This document shows, one piece after another, positions 16,837-26,042 of a stretch of 33,551 bases of DNA; position 1 is the stretch's first letter, and each line of letters opens with the position of its first letter. Source of the stretch: a candidate division WOR-3 bacterium (lineage in GTDB: Bacteria > Hydrothermota > Tepidihabitantia > Tepidihabitantales > Tepidihabitantaceae). The stretch lies in contig CBFGJX010000013.1 of assembly GCA_965649225.1 (NCBI GenBank), forward strand, positions 1-33,551, read 5' to 3'. A program made the position numbers and the translations under genes. The notes under the pieces are model-generated. The model did no database searches and had not been told where the DNA came from. It saw nothing but the letters and a program-made list of their open reading frames with translations.

Positions 16837-18404
16837 TAGAAGCGTATTGCCAGATTCAAATGGACATAGCCGGCTAGCGGGCTGCGACCGCCGGCCACGC
16901 CGTAGTCAATGCCGGCAACGCCGCTGCTGGTGACAAATCTGGCTCCGACTCCCCATGACCACGCCGTCCGCAGCCGACCGGCATCCAACCAAGCCCCGAA
17001 GTCAATGAAGGGGTACGCCCGCCAGCTCCGGGCAGGAACCCAGCGGGGCTCTGCTCGCAGCCAGCCCAGTATCGGGGCACTGATTTCATCGGGCCGAACC
17101 CCCCGCAGACTGCCGGCACCGCCCATCCGGTACAGTTCGCTGTAAGTCAGAGTCACCGGCGAATAACTGTGGCGCAGCCCGGTACCGACCCACGGCACGA
17201 ACCGGCCAAACGGCAATGCCGCCTCACCATCAAACTGGGAGCGGTCGACGATTCGGGCAGTACCGGAATCGGCGCGGCGGAAGCCAAACTGATTGGCAAG
17301 TGCTGCCCGCCATCCCCGGGTGGGATTCAGCCGATTGTCAAAAAGGTCCAAATCCAGACCGGTACCGGCCCAGCTGTAATCGTAGCGCTCCGACCGGTAG
17401 ATGCTGACCTGACGTTCGCGGCCGGCCGCAAACAACAGCCTTACTGGGCTCTCGGCAGTCAAAAGCCCGGCCGAGACCGTGCCCCGGGTAAGGGCCCGGC
17501 TGGTGTCCAGTGTCTGGTGGAACAGCTCGACCGAAACGTCCACCGGGCTTTTTAGCACTGTCGGCTCGGTGTAGCTGAGCTGGTATCGAGTCTCCCCGCT
17601 GCGCCCCTGCCAGCTTCCGGCAACACCCCGGCCGGACTCGAACAGATTACCAAAAAAGACCCGGGCATGGCCGGCAAGACGGCGCTCGGTTGGAGCATAA
17701 CCTGCTGCTGCCTGGATTTCGCTCGCCCCGACACGTTTCAGGTGAAACATCACGCCGGTGTCACCGGTGGCGCTCAGTGTCAGCCCGATACTGTCAACAA
17801 TGACAAAACCGTAGGATTCCAGATTTCGCCGCCAGCGGTCCAGTCGTGCTGCCGAAAACTGCCCGACCCTGAACCGCATCAGCCGCTGCAACAGCCGCGC
17901 CGGTACACCCGCCGGCGTGAAGCCGACCGCAGCAACTAAAGGACGCGGACCGCTTTGTGCCTTTACCGTTGGAATCAGCCAGCCGCTGCTTTCTGCCACA
18001 CTGACAACCGCAACACTGGCGAACGGGTAACCGGCATCAAACAGTGCCCGGCGGGCCACGGTCAACCACTGTTCAACTGCCGCCCGGCTGTAGCGGCGTC
18101 CCCGGGGCAAGACACGCGCTAGAATCGTCGCGCCGGCGCTGTCAACGTCGCCCAGCTCCCAGCGTCGGACACGAAAACGCACACCCGGCCTGACCAGCAG
18201 CCGCACCCGGTCATATCCGTCACCCTCGGCGACCGGTTCGACGACGGCATTCAGGTAGCCGCTGTCGGCAAGCAGCACAGTCAGTCGGCCGGCTTCGGTT
18301 TGAACCATGTCAATGTCGATACTCTCTCCGGGAACATACCGGCTCTGCAACCAGGACAGGCTTGTGCTGCGCACGCCGGTTACGGTGATACCACTCCACA
18401 GCAC
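16836..18404 (-). CDS. Omp85 (BamA/TamA) family outer-membrane protein
   Basis: POTRA-like segments (DSGYLNA, DAGYPFA), YTEP, MGGAGSLRG loop motif, terminal aromatic beta-strand (HLNLAIRF); true start probably upstream. Confidence 0.8.
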   Translation of the reverse strand: MLWSGITVTGVRSTSLSWLQSRYVPGESIDIDMVQTEAGRLTVLLADSGYLNAVVEPVAEGDGYDRVRLLVRPGVRFRVRRWELGDVDSAGATILARVLPRGRRYSRAAVEQWLTVARRALFDAGYPFASVAVVSVAESSGWLIPTVKAQSGPRPLVAAVGFTPAGVPARLLQRLMRFRVGQFSAARLDRWRRNLESYGFVIVDSIGLTLSATGDTGVMFHLKRVGASEIQAAAGYAPTERRLAGHARVFFGNLFESGRGVAGSWQGRSGETRYQLSYTEPTVLKSPVDVSVELFHQTLDTSRALTRGTVSAGLLTAESPVRLLFAAGRERQVSIYRSERYDYSWAGTGLDLDLFDNRLNPTRGWRAALANQFGFRRADSGTARIVDRSQFDGEAALPFGRFVPWVGTGLRHSYSPVTLTYSELYRMGGAGSLRGVRPDEISAPILGWLRAEPRWVPARSWRAYPFIDFGAWLDAGRLRTAWSWGVGARFVTSSGVAGIDYGVAGGRSPLAGYVHLNLAIRF

Positions 18405-18481
18405 CCTGTTCCCGGCGACTCCGTCGGCCGGACTTACAGCCAGCAGGGTCAGCAGGGCGATGTCACCCGCCCGCAGACCGG

Positions 18482-18985
18482 CTAACTCAGGAAAAGATAC
18501 TGACGCCAGGCTTCGGGCACCTCGGTCATCCCGGTCACCGCGAAAGTGAAGTAGTTAGGCTTTCTCGGCCGGCGAGCGAGAACCATCCGCGCCTGCTGCG
18601 GGGTTCGGTTGCCCTTGCGGGCATTGCATTCAGAACAGGCGCAGACAAGATTTTCCCAGCTGTCTCCTCCGGCCATCGACCGAGGCACCACGTGGTCGGT
18701 GGTCATTGCCGATGAACGCCGACCACAGTACTGACAGACTCCGCCGTCACGACGCAGGATGTTACGCTTGGTCAGCGGAATCTCCCGCCGCTTGACCCGG
18801 ACATAGTGTTTGAGCCGCAGCACACTGGGAACGGCCATCGTCAGCGACACCGCCCGCGCCTGACTGTCGTAGTTCTCGAGCGGCTCGGCCTTGCCCGACA
18901 AAGCCAGCACGATCGCCCGCCGAACCCGGCAGATTGACAACGGCTCGTAGTTCTGATTGAGCAGTAGTACCTGCCGGTTCAGCAT
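18482..18985 (-). CDS. HNH endonuclease (McrA-like)
   Basis: VLLLNQNYEPL; RNILRRDGGVCQYCG; TDHVVPRSMAGGDSWENLVCACSECNARKG. Confidence 0.92.
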   Translation of the reverse strand: MLNRQVLLLNQNYEPLSICRVRRAIVLALSGKAEPLENYDSQARAVSLTMAVPSVLRLKHYVRVKRREIPLTKRNILRRDGGVCQYCGRRSSAMTTDHVVPRSMAGGDSWENLVCACSECNARKGNRTPQQARMVLARRPRKPNYFTFAVTGMTEVPEAWRQYLFLS

Positions 18986-18995
18986 GGTCACATTG

Positions 18996-20162
18996 TCAGC
19001 GGATGAACAACTCCTTGTCCACCGCTTCTATCGCCCGGTTGACGTATTCCAGCTGTGACCTGACATAGGACTGGTAGCTGGAATCGCCCGCCGCCCGCTG
19101 ATAGAAACTGCGCGCCTGTTCGTAAGCGGCCTTGGCGGCACGCAGCCGGGCTGTCGGTGTCTGGGTCAGGTCGGTACCACGCTGGGCATCGGCACGGCGG
19201 CGATAAACATCACCCAGACCGACCGTCGCCTGTGTGTTGGCCGCATCACGGCTCAGCGCTCGACGGTAATTGGCCTCGGCGGCATCAAGATTCCCCTGCT
19301 GAACCTGAACATCGGCCTTGTAGTTGTAGCCGTCCGGCTTCAGTGAATCCAGCCGAATGACAGCGTCGAACTTCTCCAGTGCCTGACGGGCACGCCCCTG
19401 CCGTGCAAGTATCACGCCCTGCTGGAGAAGATAATAGGTGTTGCCGGGGTTGGCTGCCAGCAGAGTGTCCAGTTGCGCCAGCGCCTCGGGGTATTTCCTC
19501 ACTTCGAGATAACTGGTGGCCAGCCGCTCGCGCAAAACGCTTACCGTCGGGAAACGGACCACCAGCGGCAGCAGCGCAGCAATTGCCTCCTGATGACGTC
19601 CCTGCTTGATCAGAAACTCAGACCACAACCGTTGGACGCTGACATCGTCCGGAAATCGCGCCATCGCCGCCTGAAATACGGCATCGGCCTGGGCCATTTC
19701 ATTCCGTTTGACGTGAATTTCGGCAATCCCGTTATAAAGGTCAACCTGAGCCGAATCCTGGGCCAGACCTTCCCGGTAAACCGCCAGCGCATCATCGAGC
19801 CGGCCCATCTCGGCGTAGAGGTCACCCAGCCCTTCATAGGCCTTCGCCTGCTTCGGGGCAATCTTGATTGCCCGGCGGAAGTATTCTTCCGCCTGAACCG
19901 GATCGCGCATCCGCTTATAGACCACGCCGATGGCAACACAGGCCTCGTAATAAGTTGAATCGGCGTTGAGCGCGGCCTCAAAATTCTCCAGCGCCGCGCC
20001 GAGATTGTTCTGTTGAAAATAGGTCTGACCAATACTGTAACTCTGCTGAGCGGCTTCGCGCCGTGCCTTGATTTCCTCTTCGGTCATTGGCTTGACGGTC
20101 TGGGTCGGGGCACAGGCCACGACCAGCAGAACAACCGCTGCCACGATACTGCGTAGAATCAT
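18996..20162 (-). CDS. Tetratricopeptide-repeat lipoprotein
   Basis: ATG 20162 after AAGGAG; lipobox VVAC; multiple TPR helix pairs. Confidence 0.87.
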   Translation of the reverse strand: MILRSIVAAVVLLVVACAPTQTVKPMTEEEIKARREAAQQSYSIGQTYFQQNNLGAALENFEAALNADSTYYEACVAIGVVYKRMRDPVQAEEYFRRAIKIAPKQAKAYEGLGDLYAEMGRLDDALAVYREGLAQDSAQVDLYNGIAEIHVKRNEMAQADAVFQAAMARFPDDVSVQRLWSEFLIKQGRHQEAIAALLPLVVRFPTVSVLRERLATSYLEVRKYPEALAQLDTLLAANPGNTYYLLQQGVILARQGRARQALEKFDAVIRLDSLKPDGYNYKADVQVQQGNLDAAEANYRRALSRDAANTQATVGLGDVYRRRADAQRGTDLTQTPTARLRAAKAAYEQARSFYQRAAGDSSYQSYVRSQLEYVNRAIEAVDKELFIR

Positions 20163-20216
20163 CGCCGCTGGACTCCTTGTGTTTTGCTCAGAAACTCGGG
20201 TCGTCATCCGAACCAC

Positions 20217-20289
20217 TGGAGCCGACGGGAGTCGAACCCGTGACCTCTTGACTGCCAGTCAAGCGCGCTCCCAACTGCGCCACGGCCCC
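20217..20289 (-). tRNA. tRNA-Ala(GGC)
   Basis: GGGGCCGTGGCGCAGTTGGGAGCGCGCTTGACTGGCAGTCAAGAGGTCACGGGTTCGACTCCCGTCGGCTCCA; G3:U70; no encoded CCA. Confidence 0.97.
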
Positions 20290-20353
20290 TAAGAAGTAAG
20301 TGTTACTCATTTGGCTCCGACTGTCAAGCCGAAGCAGTGCCAGTCAACTCCGC

Positions 20354-20381
20354 TTGACTGGCAACTACGGCCGCCTAGGCT
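20354..20381 (+). promoter_or_regulatory. Sigma-70-type promoter
   Basis: TTGACT-N16-TAGGCT upstream of the M6 gene. Confidence 0.5.
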
Positions 20382-20406
20382 TGTTATGAACCTGAGGAGA
20401 ATGACC

Positions 20407-22023
20407 ATGATCAGAATGCTGCTTTTGACACTGACTGTCGCCACGCTGGCCTTTGCTCTGCCGCCCGGCCCCTACTTCAATGGCCCGGCACCGGTTTACC
20501 CGCCCGGAGTGGACGAGCCCGGCCCCAACCTGCTCAAAGGCTACGGCTACTGCGAGACCGTCACCATCCTGATGCAGTTCCCCGACAACCGCGCCGACAC
20601 CATCGAGCACTCACCGGCCCGGTTCGACTCGATGCTCTACTCCACCGGCGTCTATAATCAGGGCCCCTACCGCCAGGGTAGCCTCAACGACTACTTCCTC
20701 GAGAACTCCTACGGCCAGTACGACGTGCGCGGCGCGGTAGCCGGCAACCGCTGGTTCACCTCGCAGTACAACTACTCGCGCTACTACGACGGCAACTACC
20801 TGCTTTCGACCGGCTCGCAGCTCGCCCGCGAGAATATCCAGCAGGTTGACCCCTATGTTGACTTCCGCCAGTTCGACCTGAACAGCGACGGCTACATCGA
20901 CGCGATGTTCATGGTCCATGCCGGGCCGGACGGCGCCGACAACGGCAATGTCAACTGCCTCTGGTCTCACGCCATCCCCAGCTTCAACTATCTCACTCAG
21001 GACGGCGTACGCATCCGCGGCGTCACCAACGTTCCCGAGTACGCAATGGTCGGGCCGAACCGCGACACCACGCTCTGCTGCATCGCGGTGATGTGCCACG
21101 AACTCGGGCACCTCGTCGGCCTGCCCGACCTCTACGACGGTTCCCGCTACACCTGGGGCGTCGGCTACTGGGGTCTGATGGGCTACGGCGCGTGGGGCGC
21201 GGGCGGCAACACCCCGTATAGCCCGTCGCACATGGAAGCCTGGAGTAAAGTCGAGGCCGGTTTTGTCCAACCCACGCTTATCACCCGTGACACCAACGAT
21301 GTCCGGCTCCTGCCGGTCGAAGAACACCCCCAGATACTCAAAGTCTGGCGCATGGGCCGCAACACTGACACCTGCTTCTATCTTGAAAACCGACAGAAAA
21401 AGGGCTTTGATGCGCCCCTGCCCGGCGCGGGCCTTGCCATCTGGCACATTGACCCGGCCGCCGGTGCCTGGCACAACCGCGTTGACATGGAAGAAGACTC
21501 CACCTTCCACCTCGACCGCGGCAACGGCGTCCGGCCCGACCCGCACTTCTACCACCAGGAACTCGGCGACACCTCGGACGTGCTGCCCGGTATTTGGAAC
21601 CGCACCGTCTTTGACTCCAGCTCCGTGCCTAACTCGCGCGACCGCAACAATCGCTCCACCGGCGTGGTCGTGAAAAACATCCGTCAGGTCGGTGACACCA
21701 TTATCTGTGACATCGAAGTCGGCATCCCGACCGCGCTCACCGAAGAGCGCAGACTCCGTCTGCCTGCCACCGTACGCCTCTCGGCCGACCCCAACCCCTT
21801 CGCCAGCTCGACCACCATCAGTCTTTCATCACCGTTCAGCGCCTCCACCGCAAACATCGCCCTCTACGACGCCTCCGGCCGCTGTGCCCAATCTGTCACC
21901 ATCAATCTGCAACCTGCGGTCAAACTCGACCTCGGCTTCCTTCCTGCCGGCATCTACCTCTGTCGTCTCACCGACGAGGCCGGCAGGACGCTCGGTTCAA
22001 CGCGGCTGGCAAAAATCCGCTAG
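20407..22023 (+). CDS. M6 family (immune inhibitor A-like) metalloprotease with T9SS-like CTD
   Basis: SLNDYFLENSYG, DGYIDAMFMVHAG, HELGHLVGLPDLYD, WGLMGYG and LENRQ motifs; signal peptide; CTD PNPF...YDASGR...LPAGIYL; GAGG SD. Starts at 20386 or 20401 are also possible. Confidence 0.92.
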   Translation: MIRMLLLTLTVATLAFALPPGPYFNGPAPVYPPGVDEPGPNLLKGYGYCETVTILMQFPDNRADTIEHSPARFDSMLYSTGVYNQGPYRQGSLNDYFLENSYGQYDVRGAVAGNRWFTSQYNYSRYYDGNYLLSTGSQLARENIQQVDPYVDFRQFDLNSDGYIDAMFMVHAGPDGADNGNVNCLWSHAIPSFNYLTQDGVRIRGVTNVPEYAMVGPNRDTTLCCIAVMCHELGHLVGLPDLYDGSRYTWGVGYWGLMGYGAWGAGGNTPYSPSHMEAWSKVEAGFVQPTLITRDTNDVRLLPVEEHPQILKVWRMGRNTDTCFYLENRQKKGFDAPLPGAGLAIWHIDPAAGAWHNRVDMEEDSTFHLDRGNGVRPDPHFYHQELGDTSDVLPGIWNRTVFDSSSVPNSRDRNNRSTGVVVKNIRQVGDTIICDIEVGIPTALTEERRLRLPATVRLSADPNPFASSTTISLSSPFSASTANIALYDASGRCAQSVTINLQPAVKLDLGFLPAGIYLCRLTDEAGRTLGSTRLAKIR

Positions 22024-22166
22024 GCCCGGCACCGCGTCCGTCCGGCTCTGCGATATTCCGAACCGGGGCTGCAGACAACAGCGCCCGTCTTCGGCTTGGT
22101 ATCGCCGCCTCGGTTCTGACCACCACTGTCAGATAACACAGCGTCCAGCTTTCCCGCCCAGTCACC

Positions 22167-22195
22167 TTGACACAGTTGCCCCGCCGTCATATTAT
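22167..22195 (+). promoter_or_regulatory. Sigma-70-type promoter
   Basis: TTGACA-N17-TATTAT. Confidence 0.7.
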
Positions 22196-22227
22196 CCGCC
22201 ATTGGGAATTGGATTCTGGAGAATGTG

Positions 22228-23436
22228 ATGACTGCAAGAGCCGTCAGCACGACGCTGCTTCTGGCGCTGTTCGCTACGTCTGCACCGGCTCGCGCGCCGC
22301 GCGTCAGCGACGACCTTATCTACCGGCCGGTGTCTATCTCACTCATTCCGCCGATTTCGACCAACTGGCTTTCCGCCCGCCGCGTGAAGAGCAACCTCTC
22401 GCTCAACCTCGTCGGCGGACGGCTGGGCCGGCTCGAAGGCGTGGAACTTGGCGCGCTGTACAATTCCGTGCGCGAGGACATCATCGGCGTGCAGGCCGCG
22501 TTCGGCGGCAACGCCTGCGGCGGCAGCGTCACCGGTGCCCAGCTCGGATTCGGCGCCTCGGTTGCCGACGGGGCAGTACGCGGCATCCAGTGCGCCTTCG
22601 GTGCGACATTTGCCGGCTCAGGTCTATCCGGCGTCCAGCTCGCCTTCGGGGCCGCCGTCTCCGACGGCAGAGTCGCGGGCCTGCAGTCGGCATTTGGCGC
22701 CACAGTCGCGGACGGCGACATCACCGGCGCCCAGATCTGCACCGGCGTCAACGTCACCGGCGGCGACCTGCACGGGGCTCAGCTCGGCTCGGCCAACATC
22801 TGCTCCGGCCAGTCGGTTCTCCAGCTTGGCTTCCTTAACGCCGCCGGCCGGAGCCGGCTCGCCCAGCTCGGATTTGTCAACATCGCCGACCGCGTCGAGG
22901 GTATCCAAGTCGGCTTCGTCAACATCGCGGAACGGTCCGACTGGTCGTTCGGCTTCATCTCGGTCGCCAAAGATGGACGGTTCGACTTCTGCCTCGAAAC
23001 GGGCGATGCCCCGCTCGGCGCCGTGGCACTGAAAGCCGGCACCCGCCGGGTCTACAACGTCTTCACTCTCGGCTACACGCCGGCCGACAGCGCGCATCTG
23101 TTCACCGGTATCGGCATCGGCATCCACTTCTCGCTCAACCGCTTCTTCATCGACTGCGACATCACTACCCAATCGGCATTCAGCGGACCGAAGTGGTTTT
23201 CGGCCAACTCGAATTTCGGAATGCTCACCCGCATCCGGCCCACGGTCGGCTACCGGCTGACACCCTGGCTTGCGCTTGCGGCCGGACCCAGCATCGCCCA
23301 CTGGCGCTCGGACGATGAAGACGGCTCGGCGGTCGCACTGTACGACCTGCCGCTGTGGACCGGGGCTGCGCCCTACCGCCGTCTCTGGCCCGGCTTCACA
23401 ATCGGACTTCAAGTGACACCCGGCGTTGCCGAATAG
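22228..23436 (+). CDS. Outer-membrane protein with LA_2272-like G(V/A/L)QxxFG repeats and a C-terminal beta-barrel
   Basis: Signal peptide; ~16-aa repeats GVQAAFG, GAQLGFG, GIQCAFG, GLQSAFG, QLGFVN; amphipathic C-terminal strands. Confidence 0.8.
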   Translation: MTARAVSTTLLLALFATSAPARAPRVSDDLIYRPVSISLIPPISTNWLSARRVKSNLSLNLVGGRLGRLEGVELGALYNSVREDIIGVQAAFGGNACGGSVTGAQLGFGASVADGAVRGIQCAFGATFAGSGLSGVQLAFGAAVSDGRVAGLQSAFGATVADGDITGAQICTGVNVTGGDLHGAQLGSANICSGQSVLQLGFLNAAGRSRLAQLGFVNIADRVEGIQVGFVNIAERSDWSFGFISVAKDGRFDFCLETGDAPLGAVALKAGTRRVYNVFTLGYTPADSAHLFTGIGIGIHFSLNRFFIDCDITTQSAFSGPKWFSANSNFGMLTRIRPTVGYRLTPWLALAAGPSIAHWRSDDEDGSAVALYDLPLWTGAAPYRRLWPGFTIGLQVTPGVAE

Positions 23437-23980
23437 CCGCAGCGGCAACTCAACAACTTACTTCGGGCTGAAATCACCTTGCAACCAGACGCACATTCGG
23501 CATCCATAAGTCCCACCTTCGTATTTCCACCCCGACCTTCGGTATTCTGCGGCCTCTGTCCAACCTCCTGCAACCGCGGCCAGGCAATACCGTTCGGCTA
23601 CCGGCTCAGTTTACCACGCACCGGATAAAACTGCCCCTGGGACGCGGGGGTCAGTTCGCCGCCATTCTGCATAAGTAATGACCATTCAGAATCATAATCA
23701 AGCGGCCCGGAAATTACCTGCTATAATTCTGATTACACTTGCAGGCTCATTGCTGTGTCTCCCCTGCTGACTTTGGCAGGCTAGCGCCATCGCCCGGCCC
23801 GACTCCAACGGTCTCGGCATTGGGCACAAATTGCGCACCTTCACCAGCCAACGAAGCCAGAAGCCATGCCGACCTGATTCTTGAACCATTCCGGTCCGAC
23901 ATTCAGCGGGGCAGACTGGCCAGTCACAATCCAGCGCCGGTCGGCTGACTCAGCCCACCGGCGACCTCTAACTCCGACTC

Positions 23981-24008
23981 TGGACATCGGCAATGCGGTC
24001 AGTATATT
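23981..24008 (+). promoter_or_regulatory. Possible sigma-70-type promoter
   Basis: TGGACA-N16-TATATT upstream of 24082. Confidence 0.4.
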
Positions 24009-24081
24009 CTACATCTGTCCGGCGCAGGGCGACAAAACTCAGCGTCGAGAGACCATCTGAAGAATCCAAGGAGGCAGTACG

Positions 24082-25839
24082 ATGAAGCGCTGGCCGATAC
24101 TGGCTCTGGCTGCCGCCGCCTTTTTCGCGGCCTGCGACCAGGCCGATACAACCAGACCGGTCGTTACCATCGTCGCACCCACAGCGGGCGACACACTCAG
24201 CCCTGCCCTGATCACGGTCAAGGCTGTGGCGACCGACGACAAAGCTGTGACCCGGGTCGAGTTCTACGTCGGCAATCGCCTGCTCGGCGAGGATTCAACC
24301 GCGACCGCCGACACTTTTACCACCGAATGGAATGCCACTACCGACACTACCGGTGGCGGCCGACTGCTCAAAGCAACGGCCTTCGACGCCGCCGGCAACT
24401 TCACCGAGGGCATAATAACGGTCTACCTTCGGCGGCCGCCGCCCCGTGATACCGTCAAACCCGAAATCCGGCTGCGCGCACCGCGCGCCGGTGACACACT
24501 GCCCCGTGCCGTCATCACCCTGAAGGCCTGGGCTCGTGACGACGTCAAGATGTCGAAGGTCGAGTTCTACGTCAACGCGGCTCTGGTGGGCGAAGACCTG
24601 ACCGCCACCGCCGACACCTTCAGCTTCGACTGGGACGCCAGCAGCACCGAACCCGGCAGCTCGGTCGTAATCCGCGCGACGGCGGTCGACACCGCTGGCA
24701 ACACCCGCAGTGACTCGGTGACCTGCCGCATCACCCGCTTTACCGGTCCGACCGTCCACACCGGCGACATTACTACCAGTGAAACCTGGACCGTCTTCGC
24801 CGGACCGCATATTGTCACCGGAACCGTCAATGTCCGGGGCGGCGCCCGACTGACCATTGAGCCGGGTGTCACCGTTCAGTTCGAAGCCGATGCCGCTCTG
24901 GTCATCGGCAACGGCGGCAGCGGCGAACTCGTTGCCATCGGCACCGCTGATTCCGGCATCGTTTTCACATCGGTTGGCAACATTCGCTCCGATACGACGC
25001 CTGGATTCTGGCAGGGAATTCACTTCTACGGTGGCACTGGTCCGGCCAGCTCCCTCAGCTACTGTACCATCACCTACGGCGGCCGACCGACTGGCGGCGC
25101 CATCACGCTGCACGAGGGTGCCCGGGTCAGGATTGACCGCAGCGAAATCGGCCGCAGCGCTGGCAAGGGTATCGCCATTGACGATCAGGGCAGCAGCGTC
25201 CTCGGCTTCTCTTTCAACCGGATTACCGGCTGCGGGTCCTATGCCATCGAAACCTACCCCGACCTGCTGCGTCACTTCGGCCCCGGCAACGTCCTGACCC
25301 CGAACGGCAAAGAAGGTGTACTCGTCCATGCCGGTGCCGTCGATTCAAGCGTGTACTGGCCGTTTCTCGGCACCAGCCTGGTAATCGAAGGCGACGTAAC
25401 CATCGGAAGCCCGGCACGACCGGTCGTGAGCGTCGCCAGCGGCTCAAACATCCGCTTTCTTTCCCGCGGCCGGATTCTGGTTGGCGACAACGGACAACCG
25501 GGTGCACTCTATGCCGTCAGTGAACTGACGCCGATACGGTTCGTCAGTGCGGCTGGCAGCCCGGCACCCGGCGACTGGGGCTGCATAGTCTTCGGGCCGG
25601 ACGCCATCGACAACCAGTGTGTCCTCAGTGTCTGCCTGATTGAATACGGTGGCGACGAATCAATCACCGACGGCATGATCCTAATCCGCAACTCGGTTCC
25701 CAACATCAACACCTGTCAGATAAACAACTCGGCGACCTGGGGCATCTATCTCGACGGCGACGAATACCCCGACCCGGATGAACTGGAAACGCGCAACACC
25801 TTCCGCGGCAACATCCGGGGCGACGTCCGCCGACCATAG
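24082..25839 (+). CDS. Lipoprotein with two bacterial Ig-like domains and a right-handed beta-helix
   Basis: Lipobox FAAC; duplicated DT..P.V.I.AP.AGDTL...A.DD....VEFYV...A.D.AGN unit; repeated I.F.S...PG.W.GI.F...C.I.YGG; AAGGAGG SD. Confidence 0.85.
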   Translation: MKRWPILALAAAAFFAACDQADTTRPVVTIVAPTAGDTLSPALITVKAVATDDKAVTRVEFYVGNRLLGEDSTATADTFTTEWNATTDTTGGGRLLKATAFDAAGNFTEGIITVYLRRPPPRDTVKPEIRLRAPRAGDTLPRAVITLKAWARDDVKMSKVEFYVNAALVGEDLTATADTFSFDWDASSTEPGSSVVIRATAVDTAGNTRSDSVTCRITRFTGPTVHTGDITTSETWTVFAGPHIVTGTVNVRGGARLTIEPGVTVQFEADAALVIGNGGSGELVAIGTADSGIVFTSVGNIRSDTTPGFWQGIHFYGGTGPASSLSYCTITYGGRPTGGAITLHEGARVRIDRSEIGRSAGKGIAIDDQGSSVLGFSFNRITGCGSYAIETYPDLLRHFGPGNVLTPNGKEGVLVHAGAVDSSVYWPFLGTSLVIEGDVTIGSPARPVVSVASGSNIRFLSRGRILVGDNGQPGALYAVSELTPIRFVSAAGSPAPGDWGCIVFGPDAIDNQCVLSVCLIEYGGDESITDGMILIRNSVPNINTCQINNSATWGIYLDGDEYPDPDELETRNTFRGNIRGDVRRP

Positions 25840-25859
25840 TCAGCCAGCAGGCTAACATA

Positions 25860-25887
25860 ACGGGGCGGCCTGACCAGGCCGCCCCGT
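25860..25887 (+). terminator. Probable terminator hairpin
   Basis: 12-bp stem ACGGGGCGGCCT/AGGCCGCCCCGT after the stop; weak U tract. Confidence 0.55.
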
Positions 25888-25920
25888 ACGCTCTTCCGAC
25901 GGCAGAACTGCTTCGGCTGC

Positions 25921-25949
25921 TTGACAGCAGAAAATGATACCGCTATCAT
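25921..25949 (+). promoter_or_regulatory. Sigma-70-type promoter
   Basis: TTGACA-N17-TATCAT. Confidence 0.7.
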
Positions 25950-26042
25950 CACACCGGCGTCATCGCGACGGGTCAGGTTACGGCATGGCTCGCCCGTCAC
26001 CCTCTTGACGCCTGATGCAAAGATCCAACCAAGGAGGCATAG

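Noticed and set aside
18482..20289. Mobile island at tRNA-Ala with HNH nuclease
   Set aside because: No integrase, no duplicated tRNA 3' end, and the neighbours are housekeeping genes.
23821..23836. Second sigma-54-like motif GGGCACAAATTGC
   Set aside because: The GG-to-TTGC spacing is too short for -24/-12.
23756..23884. Selenocysteine read-through after CLPC-TGA
   Set aside because: The downstream frame is short and not protein-like, with no convincing SECIS.
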